DNA of 64,000 nucleotides from a virus, in the IMG/VR virus record IMGVR_UViG_3300011335_000775, positions 49,803 to 113,802 of that record. The stretch is one strand, 5' to 3'. Shown here one piece after another: positions 28,412-36,351 of this stretch. Both the position numbers and the translations under genes were made by a program. The notes beneath the pieces are model-generated. The model had not been told where the DNA came from. It searched no databases and saw only the letters and a program-made list of their open reading frames with translations. Each line of letters starts with the position of its first letter. Positions within the stretch are counted from its first letter, which is position 1.

Positions 28412-28612
28412 ATGAAAAGCCAAGCATCGCCTTGGCCGGGCGAAATACATCGGTCAGTATTGGATATATCCATTAATGATTTGTTAGATTGGATAAAGGA
28501 TACCTTTACGCCATCATACCGAAAAGAAGTTGAGTCGTATCTAGCCGATTCTACAGATATATTTGATTTAGAACGCAGAATTCAAATTCTACAACGTAGA
28601 GGAATTGTGTAA
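28412..28612 (+). CDS. DUF3563-like protein
   Basis: YLA.STDI.DLERR...L.RR motif. Confidence 0.7.
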   Translation: MKSQASPWPGEIHRSVLDISINDLLDWIKDTFTPSYRKEVESYLADSTDIFDLERRIQILQRRGIV

Positions 28613-28746
28613 TGACCGTATTTAAATCCTTTTATAATTTTTTAGGAAATTATGGACGCTGCTGTGTTGCTGTTCATTTGACTGCACTTGGAGATCATGC
28701 AGGTGCTCAACGAATTATGATGGAAGATTTCCAGGGCTGGATCTAA
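28612..28746 (+). CDS. Small hypothetical protein, 44 aa
   Basis: Manual translation MTVFKSFYNFL...; GAGGA upstream, TAATG coupling. Confidence 0.5.
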   Translation: MTVFKSFYNFLGNYGRCCVAVHLTALGDHAGAQRIMMEDFQGWI

Positions 28747-28765
28747 AAAAGTCTCAAATTCCTGG

Positions 28766-28812
28766 TTGACCACTAATCCGGTTCGTGCTATAATTACAGC
28801 ATAGACCGGATT
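28766..28812 (+). promoter_or_regulatory. Sigma70 promoter embedded in an inverted repeat, driving the cassette array
   Basis: TTGACC-17-TATAAT; arms AATCCGGT(28775)/ACCGGATT(28805). Confidence 0.75.
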
Positions 28813-28828
28813 TTTTACGGAGATTGTG

Positions 28829-28984
28829 ATGAGACCCATGAGTTTTGTGATTGAATTACCTCGACAGCGCCGTCGTGCTGTGGAACTGTACTCACGCGAC
28901 ACACCATTCCGTCACCGTGTGGAGCAGAGCAAAACTCAATATCGTCGTCGTGCTAAACATGTGAAAAAAGGGGCTGAAGAATGA
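28829..28984 (+). CDS. ArfA-like small basic protein, 51 aa
   Basis: Manual translation: ...TPFRHRVEQSKTQYRRRAKH... versus ArfA PLFRQRVE...Y.RK.KH. Confidence 0.55.
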   Translation: MRPMSFVIELPRQRRRAVELYSRDTPFRHRVEQSKTQYRRRAKHVKKGAEE

Positions 28985-29226
28985 ACGAACGAATTGAAAA
29001 ACTTGCCGAACAGTGTCGAATTGAAACTTATGGCGTCAATGGCGAACTGTTGACATTTGGGTTTGACGAAGAAAAATTCGCCGAGTTGATTGTGCGAGAA
29101 CTTTCTGCTGTTGCTAATCATTTTAGTGATGGACATGAAGTGAGACAATTTGACGATAGCAAAAGGTATCTTTATTTTGTTGATATCGGTCAAGTTATTT
29201 TAGAACATTTCGGAGTTGAAGAATGA
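28981..29226 (+). CDS. MNERI/FAELIV/HFGVEE family, copy 1
   Basis: Constant N-terminal, central and C-terminal blocks. Confidence 0.8.
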   Translation: MNERIEKLAEQCRIETYGVNGELLTFGFDEEKFAELIVRELSAVANHFSDGHEVRQFDDSKRYLYFVDIGQVILEHFGVEE

Positions 29227-29465
29227 ACGAACGAATCTTTGAACTGGCTAAACAGGCTGGCCTTATTCAATGGGACTCGCTTCCTTCAGGTGCTAGAACA
29301 CCCGATCACGAAAGTGTTGTCAAGGCACAAAAGTTCGCCGAGTTGATTGTGGCTGAATGTGCTGAGTCGTTGTGGACAGAAGAATGTTACAATAGTGATT
29401 TGGCCTTAGAAGAATTTGAAAAGAATAGTAAGAAGATTCGAGAACATTTCGGAGTTGAAGAATGA
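29223..29465 (+). CDS. MNERI/FAELIV/HFGVEE family, copy 2
   Basis: Same blocks; ATGA overlap. Confidence 0.8.
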   Translation: MNERIFELAKQAGLIQWDSLPSGARTPDHESVVKAQKFAELIVAECAESLWTEECYNSDLALEEFEKNSKKIREHFGVEE

Positions 29466-29833
29466 CCACTGAAATCACTACAGAAATGCTGGACCGTACT
29501 ATTGCATGGTGTGAGCAAAACGCATTTTGGGGCAAACCTTCTGCTGTGCCGCGTATGCTGGATTTCTACTTTGAAAAGACTCGAACCAGTGTGAAAGAAG
29601 ATTGGCCCGAGACATTCACATTTCAGGATCTAGCCAAGGCCCTGGGCGAGTACCCGGTGCGGTATAGGATTTATTACAGTCAAGATAACCTCACTTTACG
29701 ACTGTTTGTATTCAGACCTCGCTGCACTTGGTCTGAAGAAAAAAAGATGTTAGACTTGGGCTTTGTTGTTGCTCAAGATGGTGATACAGAAAACATCCCA
29801 GACCAACCTGTGAAACAAGTGGTGGAAGAATGA
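29462..29833 (+). CDS. Unrelated hypothetical gene embedded in the array
   Basis: Starts and ends at GAAGA-ATGA junctions; ends VVEE. Confidence 0.75.
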   Translation: MTTEITTEMLDRTIAWCEQNAFWGKPSAVPRMLDFYFEKTRTSVKEDWPETFTFQDLAKALGEYPVRYRIYYSQDNLTLRLFVFRPRCTWSEEKKMLDLGFVVAQDGDTENIPDQPVKQVVEE

Positions 29834-30033
29834 ACGAACGAATTAAAGAACTCAGAAAACAGGCAATAGAATTCGCAAATGCCACCGAACGTGATACTGA
29901 CTATAGATGGGATGTAGCATGTGATACAAAGTTCGCCGAGTTGATTGTGAAAGAATGTGCCAATGTTGCTGCCGATCATGATGCATTAGACATTTACGAA
30001 GAGATTAGAGAACATTTTGGAGTTGAAGAATGA
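29830..30033 (+). CDS. MNERI/FAELIV/HFGVEE family, copy 3
   Basis: Same blocks. Confidence 0.8.
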   Translation: MNERIKELRKQAIEFANATERDTDYRWDVACDTKFAELIVKECANVAADHDALDIYEEIREHFGVEE

Positions 30034-30251
30034 ACGAACGAATCGAATCCCTACTACCTACCCCATTTAGAAAACAGGGGCAGCAGATTGAAGCAGACGG
30101 TGAAGTAAATGTATTCTGCGATATGTATTGTAAAGAGCAGATGATTGAATTCGCCGAGTTGATTGTGAAAGAATGTGCTAAATTTTTATGGGACAGTAAT
30201 GACATTTTAGATGAGTATCGTATCAAAAAACATTTCGGAGTTGAAGAATGA
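30030..30251 (+). CDS. MNERI/FAELIV/HFGVEE family, copy 4
   Basis: Same blocks. Confidence 0.8.
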   Translation: MNERIESLLPTPFRKQGQQIEADGEVNVFCDMYCKEQMIEFAELIVKECAKFLWDSNDILDEYRIKKHFGVEE

Positions 30252-30466
30252 AAAAAATTGAATTGGATGGTGAAATTGCAGACGGCATTGCCCTGGCAGT
30301 GCTCAAAGACCAACGTGCTTATCTCAAAAAAGAACTAGCACAATGGAAAAAGAATCCCCGGTCAGATACCAATCCCACTGGCTATTGGCTACATCCTGAC
30401 GATGTGGTAGGCCATGCTCAACTGATTACTGCCCTGGACACAATCATTGAATATTTTGGAGGTTAA
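30248..30466 (+). CDS. Hypothetical protein
   Basis: Starts at the last array junction. Confidence 0.7.
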   Translation: MKKIELDGEIADGIALAVLKDQRAYLKKELAQWKKNPRSDTNPTGYWLHPDDVVGHAQLITALDTIIEYFGG

Positions 30467-30467
30467 C

Positions 30468-30623
30468 ATGACCGCAGACACCCGTGAAATTGTTGAAATT
30501 GAAATTGAACCTGAACTGTTGTATCAGATCATGCTGCTGGCACACGAACAAGATATCACACTGAATCAACTGATTGAACGTGTTCTACGTGAATACATTG
30601 CAACACATACCAATCTAGTATGA
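30468..30623 (+). CDS. Ribbon-helix-helix-like small protein, 51 aa
   Basis: Manual translation; AHEQDITLNQLIE..L motif; GGAGG SD. Confidence 0.6.
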   Translation: MTADTREIVEIEIEPELLYQIMLLAHEQDITLNQLIERVLREYIATHTNLV

Positions 30624-30838
30624 AATACCTACTGCTGGTATTGCTGCTAACAGGGTGTGGTCATTTTTCACCCAAGACATCACCACCCGTGGATGTGAGT
30701 CTTATACCCAATGACTGTGCCAATCAACAACGTATAGTTCGCTGGCTGGAAAGCCAATCACAAGGAGAATGGAATGAACATGTCGCGCAAATCAAAGGCC
30801 GTATCTGGAATCTGCGTTACACTTGCAATCCTGTGTAG
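30620..30838 (+). CDS. Lipoprotein
   Basis: Lipobox LLTGC. Confidence 0.7.
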   Translation: MKYLLLVLLLTGCGHFSPKTSPPVDVSLIPNDCANQQRIVRWLESQSQGEWNEHVAQIKGRIWNLRYTCNPV

Positions 30839-31121
30839 TGGCTGTGCCACATCCAGGCCGCAAGCAATGAACTTTGTGGATTTGGACTATTTCCAAATCA
30901 ACTGCTCTCAAAGATATGAACAAATGGCTCTATTGCAGAGCATGCGTAGCACCCCGGATGATCGACTGTTTGCAAGAGCCAGCAATGCATTGCAACCCTG
31001 GCGAGCATATACCAATCCTGAACAATACAATAACAATGCTGCTCAGGGATATGGACGCAGTGACTGGGTGATCAACCAAAAACTTATTGAACTAAGAGAC
31101 AACTGTAGGAGCAATCCATGA
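30774..31121 (+). CDS. Putative lipoprotein
   Basis: LCSGC lipobox-like motif; AGGAG SD. Confidence 0.6.
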   Translation: MNMSRKSKAVSGICVTLAILCSGCATSRPQAMNFVDLDYFQINCSQRYEQMALLQSMRSTPDDRLFARASNALQPWRAYTNPEQYNNNAAQGYGRSDWVINQKLIELRDNCRSNP

Positions 31122-31678
31122 AATTGCTAATGTCCATACTAGCCCTGGTTGCTATCACAGCACAAGCTGATTGTGTGTTGCAAGATAAAACTGTAAGCCA
31201 AAGTTCAGCAGTGATTGCAGAACGCAGTCAGATAACTGCCACAGTGGTGCCTGATCCGCAAACAGGCAAACGTTGCTTGGTGACTTTTCGAGCACGAGTT
31301 GGTGCCACTTGGTACACAGCCATGGGTGAGCATGCATGGCCCGGTGATACCCCTAGAGATTCGGCCTGTGCTGTGGCCATGAAACGTGCAGAAGATTCAG
31401 TTCGAGAACAAGTGGCTGCAAGTCGAGTGATTTCAGAAAAGATTCTAGTATGTCGAGATGATCCTACCTTGGATTCTGTACGTCAGACCAATCCAGGCTC
31501 TGTGGCGGAATTGGCGCAGTTCAGACCACATCCGGACTATCCTCGAGAGTTCTGGCACAATGGTACTCGATGCCGTTGGTTTTTGGATTCAGGATTCACA
31601 GGACGCGACATTCGAACTTGGCAAGGCATCATTTGCCAAATACATGATTCCAAGTGGGTAGTGATTGACAAGTTCTGA
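31118..31678 (+). CDS. Exported Cys-rich protein
   Basis: Signal peptide AQA-D; six Cys. Confidence 0.65.
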   Translation: MKLLMSILALVAITAQADCVLQDKTVSQSSAVIAERSQITATVVPDPQTGKRCLVTFRARVGATWYTAMGEHAWPGDTPRDSACAVAMKRAEDSVREQVAASRVISEKILVCRDDPTLDSVRQTNPGSVAELAQFRPHPDYPREFWHNGTRCRWFLDSGFTGRDIRTWQGIICQIHDSKWVVIDKF

Positions 31679-31727
31679 TGTTTGTGTTATTATATATTTT
31701 TCCAACTCGTGATCTAAAAGGACACAT

Positions 31728-31856
31728 ATGAAAACAACTTTTATTTTAGTAACTATCATAGCAGCCGTACTTTCTGCGTGTGGCACACTTGGTGGCGCAG
31801 TCAGTGGTGCAGGCAAGGATCTCAGCAAAGCCGGTGAGTGGATTCAAAACAAATAA
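31728..31856 (+). CDS. Entericidin A/B-like lipoprotein, 42 aa
   Basis: Manual translation MKTTFILVTIIAAVLSAC-GTLGGAVSGAGKDLSKAGEWIQNK. Confidence 0.75.
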   Translation: MKTTFILVTIIAAVLSACGTLGGAVSGAGKDLSKAGEWIQNK

Positions 31857-31864
31857 GGAACTGT

Positions 31865-32425
31865 ATGAAAAATATCATTGCATTAGCTGTAGTGGCCTTG
31901 TTGGCTGCTTGTGGTAGCACTCCCAAAGAGGAATACGAAAAGCGAGCATATCAAGAGCGTCAACGTCAAGAAAAAACAGTAGAAGCATCCATCAGCAATG
32001 CACCCAAATGGATGACTGAAACTCCTACCAGCACCAATGCTGTGTTTGCTTCAGGATCGGCCACCAGTTCAGACATGAGCATGTCGGATTGGAAAGCCAA
32101 GATGTTTGCATACGGAAAGATCTGTATTGCAGCAGGTGGTCGTGTGAGCCAACAAGGTAAAATGTTCATGCAGGACAGTGGAGACACCTCAATTGAATCT
32201 TCTGAATTGGCCATTAAAACCATGTGCCCAACTGTGGATATCACCGGTACAGAAGTACGTGAAATCAAACGTGTGGCTGAAGGCTCACGGTATCGTACCT
32301 ACGTGCTAGTGGCGTTACCTACAGGTGATGCCAACTTGCTGCAAAAACGAAAAGATGCAATTGAAGCAGCACGCCGCGCTCAAGTTCGCAGTGTGGAAGC
32401 ATTCAAAGAACTCAACGCACAGTAA
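31865..32425 (+). CDS. LPP20-like lipoprotein
   Basis: Lipobox LAAC; P.W...P; G...S.D...; R.YVLVALP. Confidence 0.7.
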   Translation: MKNIIALAVVALLAACGSTPKEEYEKRAYQERQRQEKTVEASISNAPKWMTETPTSTNAVFASGSATSSDMSMSDWKAKMFAYGKICIAAGGRVSQQGKMFMQDSGDTSIESSELAIKTMCPTVDITGTEVREIKRVAEGSRYRTYVLVALPTGDANLLQKRKDAIEAARRAQVRSVEAFKELNAQ

Positions 32426-32433
32426 GTTCACAC

Positions 32434-33003
32434 ATGGCAGAAATAGACACCAGCACTTGGTCCCATGCACAACACCTACAGGCCAATGGTATATTTGTGC
32501 TGATGGGGCCTATTGAAACAGACACAGTCAAGCCAGTGATTGAATGGATCTTGAATGAAAACTTTGTGATCAAACGTCGTCACAAAGAACTAATCTTGAG
32601 TATTTGCAGTGAAGGTGGTGATATGAGTGCAGCCTTTGCACTGATTGATGTAATGCGCAGTTCCACAGTGGCTATCAAAACAGTTGGGATTGGGCAAATT
32701 GCATCAGCTGGATTGTTGATATTCTTGGCTGGCACACCCGGACGTAGAACCCTAACACCCAACACCAGTATTCTGAGTCATCAGTTCAGTTGGGGCAGTG
32801 ATGGCAAAGTACATGAATTATTTGCCACCATACGTGAGTTTGAGCTCACACAACAACGCATGGTTCAACACTACAAAGATTGTACTGGTCTAGATGATGA
32901 TGTGATCAAGGCCAAATTGCTGCCGCCACATGATGTTTGGCTTGATGCCACTGAAGCGTTACAGTTGAATATTTGCGATTCAATATCGCAATTGCAACGT
33001 TAA
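32434..33003 (+). CDS. Divergent ClpP-family protease
   Basis: I.S.GG, GQIASAG (Ser), SHQ (His), D.WL.A.EA (Asp). Confidence 0.85.
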   Translation: MAEIDTSTWSHAQHLQANGIFVLMGPIETDTVKPVIEWILNENFVIKRRHKELILSICSEGGDMSAAFALIDVMRSSTVAIKTVGIGQIASAGLLIFLAGTPGRRTLTPNTSILSHQFSWGSDGKVHELFATIREFELTQQRMVQHYKDCTGLDDDVIKAKLLPPHDVWLDATEALQLNICDSISQLQR

Positions 33004-33013
33004 TGTTTATGAG

Positions 33014-33655
33014 TTACCAGCCGCCCAACACATAAGGATCATTAAACACTGTTTGCCCGTTGGGTCTCATCATGATGTTGCCGGGGTGCAGATCCCACCT
33101 GATTTGTGTTTTCTGTTGGGTCTTGTGGATCAACTCCAGCAAAGTATTCAACAACAATGGAATATGATCTTCACCCACTGCTTGACTCACACGTTGATAC
33201 TCGTCTGGATATTGTTTTGCTAGATTAAAAAAATTGGCTTTACCTTCTTCAAGAGCATAGCCCAATTTAGAAATTGCATATACCAACATCTTTTGTTGGG
33301 AAGTTCTTGGTGATTTCAATAATTCGGTACGAATCTGTAGATACAATTTTCCTTTGTATTCAAAACTGGTCCACCCTGAATACTTGGGCAAGAATGGATT
33401 GTCTGAATTACGTTGACAAAATTCAGCCCATTTAACAAACATTTGTTGATCTTGGCTGAGGTGTTTCTTGTTGCCTTTTGTACCAAATATTTTCAAAACT
33501 GTTTGGCCACCTGGCTCAAGATACGCCTCTTGATCTACTCCTGCTTTCAGATACTTGTAGCCTTTCTCTTCCAATTCCTTGCGAATTCCCCGGTCCATAT
33601 TGCTGAACTCATCTAGCACCTCTTTATTTTCAACTATAACGTCTTGTATTCTCAT
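33014..33655 (-). CDS. Protein-kinase-like / phosphotransferase protein
   Basis: G....AY, VLKI, E.L, DLHPGNIM, NDP. Confidence 0.75.
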   Translation of the reverse strand: MRIQDVIVENKEVLDEFSNMDRGIRKELEEKGYKYLKAGVDQEAYLEPGGQTVLKIFGTKGNKKHLSQDQQMFVKWAEFCQRNSDNPFLPKYSGWTSFEYKGKLYLQIRTELLKSPRTSQQKMLVYAISKLGYALEEGKANFFNLAKQYPDEYQRVSQAVGEDHIPLLLNTLLELIHKTQQKTQIRWDLHPGNIMMRPNGQTVFNDPYVLGGW

Positions 33656-35202
33656 CAGGTACGTCGCTCTCTACCCAGGGTAGCACGATCCATTCTAGGT
33701 TCGTTCTTGATTCTAGCTGCCTTGGCGCCTGGGCCAGCAAGTCTTGGTGTGCTGGTAACTGCATCTAGATCTTCAGCACCAGTAGCAGCTGGAGCATTGT
33801 CCCAACTGGCTTTTCGGTATTCGGTCAGTTTTTCCAACAGCGGTCCTTTTTCAATGTAAGTGCGAACATAGATACCGCCCTTGGGTTTATTCTCTACTTT
33901 CATCCTGATGGTCAGCAGTTTACTATTAGGGTTACCGCGTTCATGAATGACCACTTCTGGCCAAGTTTTTTTATCAACGTAAGTGGCTTCAAGATCTGTA
34001 TTCTTTAATTTTTCAACCAGCTTGTTGAATCTCAAAATCTTGAATCCACCATCGCTGAAGTCCACCAGTTCAACGTTGGGATCGCCTAGTGTGGCAAAGT
34101 GTGTGATACCAGTGGCAATGTCATCAATTATGTTGGCTTCATCTTCAGGGCTGGCGTTTTTCAATTCGTTGTCTAGTTCGGTAGCAGCATATTGATATAT
34201 TTGTTTGAATGCATCTCTGGTTGCTGTTGGTGAATTGGATTTCATTGCCTTGGTAAATTTGGCCAACGCAGAACTTGCATCAACACCAAAATAATTCCAT
34301 AAGATCTGTTGGGTTTCTGCACTGTCGCCACCCACTTGTCCAAACTGTTTAATACCACCTACCTTGAGACTGGTATTGAGTCTGAGTTTGCGTGGCTGGC
34401 CATTTTCATCAGTGACAAACACCCACACATCGGTCTTTTGTTCTGTTTCACCAGTGACACCGTCAGCCATGATCACGATCTGATCTGACCTGCCATTGAT
34501 GTAGAAATACTTGCTGTATCGTTCAGCGTCCGAACTGTTGACATAAGCAGCGGCACTGGAGAATTCACTGGCCAACAGCGGTCGCTTGGCCAGATCCATG
34601 AGATCCTGATACGGCCCGGATTTAAGTCTCAGCACAAACGAAATCACATCCGCATGTTCATTATCAAAATCTTCCACTTCCACTTGATATTGGTCTTCAC
34701 CGGTTTGCTTCAAACTGTCAAGCACATTGCCGATATCCTGAGCGGTCACTGTGCCGATATCTTCGTCAGATTCACGTTTGGTGAATTTAGCAAACATAGC
34801 AGCGCCCAGGATACCTTCGGCTGTTTCGCCGCGATTGGCAATTTTTCCAACATCGTCGTCGGCAGTGGCTCCAGTATACACATTGAACGCTGCCCCAATG
34901 GTACTAGAACTGCCAACAATCAAAACAGATTGCCCAGCATTGTTGGAAAAAATATAACCGTCGCCGCCTTTTCCATAGGTAACTGTGGGGAGATTTAAAA
35001 TATCTTTTTCGCCCAATTCTGTGTCGTCTTGCCTGGTCAATGGCGGAGTAGCATCAAATCCTTGTTGCTGCAACAATGTCAGTAACTTTTTTCCAGCTTC
35101 TGACCCTGCGGAAACAGAAAATTGAGTTCCGGGTCCATATTTGGGTTTACTGATGGTCACTTCAGTTATTATGCTGTCAAGTACGTTGATTAAATCTCTC
35201 AT
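33655..35202 (-). CDS. Large late hypothetical protein, possible PD-(D/E)xK-like fold
   Basis: KTDVWV...SLK pattern; TAAATA-N4-ATG start. Confidence 0.55.
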   Translation of the reverse strand: MRDLINVLDSIITEVTISKPKYGPGTQFSVSAGSEAGKKLLTLLQQQGFDATPPLTRQDDTELGEKDILNLPTVTYGKGGDGYIFSNNAGQSVLIVGSSSTIGAAFNVYTGATADDDVGKIANRGETAEGILGAAMFAKFTKRESDEDIGTVTAQDIGNVLDSLKQTGEDQYQVEVEDFDNEHADVISFVLRLKSGPYQDLMDLAKRPLLASEFSSAAAYVNSSDAERYSKYFYINGRSDQIVIMADGVTGETEQKTDVWVFVTDENGQPRKLRLNTSLKVGGIKQFGQVGGDSAETQQILWNYFGVDASSALAKFTKAMKSNSPTATRDAFKQIYQYAATELDNELKNASPEDEANIIDDIATGITHFATLGDPNVELVDFSDGGFKILRFNKLVEKLKNTDLEATYVDKKTWPEVVIHERGNPNSKLLTIRMKVENKPKGGIYVRTYIEKGPLLEKLTEYRKASWDNAPAATGAEDLDAVTSTPRLAGPGAKAARIKNEPRMDRATLGRERRT

Positions 35203-35296
35203 GTGGTATTTAGCGAAGAATAAATTCCTTACCAAAATCACTTGCTATTAAATAAAATACACTGTAAAATAACACAACCAAACAACAAGGAATTTA

Positions 35297-35881
35297 ATGT
35301 CAAATCTAGTACCCATTGTTCTCGAACACACATCCAAAGGTGAACGCAGTTACGATATTTATAGTCGCTTGCTACGTGATCGCGTGGTCATGCTGGACGG
35401 AGAAGTCAACGGGCATAGCTCAAGTCTAATCTGTGCGCAGTTATTGTTTTTGGAAGCAGACAATCCGGACAAAGACATCAGCTTGTATATCAATTCGCCG
35501 GGTGGAAGTGTAACAGCAGGGATGGCCATTTATGACACCATGCAGTTTATCAAACCCGATGTTGCAACCATTGTGATGGGCCAAGGTGCAAGCATGGGAT
35601 CGTTGTTAGCAGCAGCTGGAGCAGCAGGCAAACGATTTATTCTGCCCAATGCACGTCACATGATTCATCAACCGTTAGGTGGTGCGTCAGGGCAGGCCAC
35701 AGATGTAGAAATCCAAGCCCGTGAATTGTTACGTTGGAAAAAAGTTCTTACAGACATGTATGTCACACATACCGGCCAATCTTATGACAAGTTACGGGCT
35801 GATATGGAACGTGATAACTTTATGACTGCAGAAGAATCAGTCACATACGGACTAGCCGACAAAGTAATCACCAAACGTTAA
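35297..35881 (+). CDS. clpP: Clp protease proteolytic subunit
   Basis: [36 protein letters not shown]. Confidence 0.97.
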   Translation: MSNLVPIVLEHTSKGERSYDIYSRLLRDRVVMLDGEVNGHSSSLICAQLLFLEADNPDKDISLYINSPGGSVTAGMAIYDTMQFIKPDVATIVMGQGASMGSLLAAAGAAGKRFILPNARHMIHQPLGGASGQATDVEIQARELLRWKKVLTDMYVTHTGQSYDKLRADMERDNFMTAEESVTYGLADKVITKR

Positions 35882-36351
35882 TCCGTAGGCCAGATCCATC
35901 CCATGGATTCCAGTTGATGTATCCAGGTGAATACTGGTGTACTAAAATTTAACAGCCATCGCCCATTCCATCCCAGACAACTAATGCCTTGCTGTACTGC
36001 TGGGGGAGGCGGTGTTTGTTGACTATGCCAAGGTTCGGGATACTTGGGTTTATATGTAGCAGCCCAATTGAATTTTGGAGAACAAATACCATTCACGGTA
36101 ATGTTGCCTATGACAATAAATTTGTCTAATCCTTGATCAAGTACACAATCAGCATCTGATTTGTTTAAAAAGTCTACAAATACTGAATGTGTGCCGGGCA
36201 GCAAGTCATTGTTAAATTTTAATACACAAGATTGATTTAAGACTATTTGATCAATGATTACGTCATCAATGCCATAGGCAATTGTTGGTGGTTCTTGATG
36301 ATATGTGGGAAGGACTTCTAGTTCAATGTGTGTGTGATATTTTGTAGTCAT
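35878..36351 (-). CDS. Hypothetical protein accompanying the radical SAM gene
   Basis: LGWNG.W...F.TPVF.W motif; overlaps the upstream gene. Confidence 0.6.
   Translation of the reverse strand: MTTKYHTHIELEVLPTYHQEPPTIAYGIDDVIIDQIVLNQSCVLKFNNDLLPGTHSVFVDFLNKSDADCVLDQGLDKFIVIGNITVNGICSPKFNWAATYKPKYPEPWHSQQTPPPPAVQQGISCLGWNGRWLLNFSTPVFTWIHQLESMGWIWPTD

Larger units (their letters stand above)
28976..30251 (+). repeat. Alternating two-repeat array (A: AACATTTYGGAGTTGAAGAATGA[ACGAACGAAT]; B: TTCGCCGAGTTGATTGTG)
   Basis: B identical at 29077, 29334, 29932, 30150; A at about 29202, 29441, 30009, 30227; partial A at 28976 and 29825. Confidence 0.9.

Noticed and set aside
28976-30251. CRISPR array interpretation of the repeats
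   Set aside because: Two alternating repeat types, long and unequal spacers, all in-frame coding, and no cas genes in the window.
28976-30251. Diversity-generating retroelement
   Set aside because: No reverse transcriptase seen, and the variable segments are not adenine-specific variants of a template.
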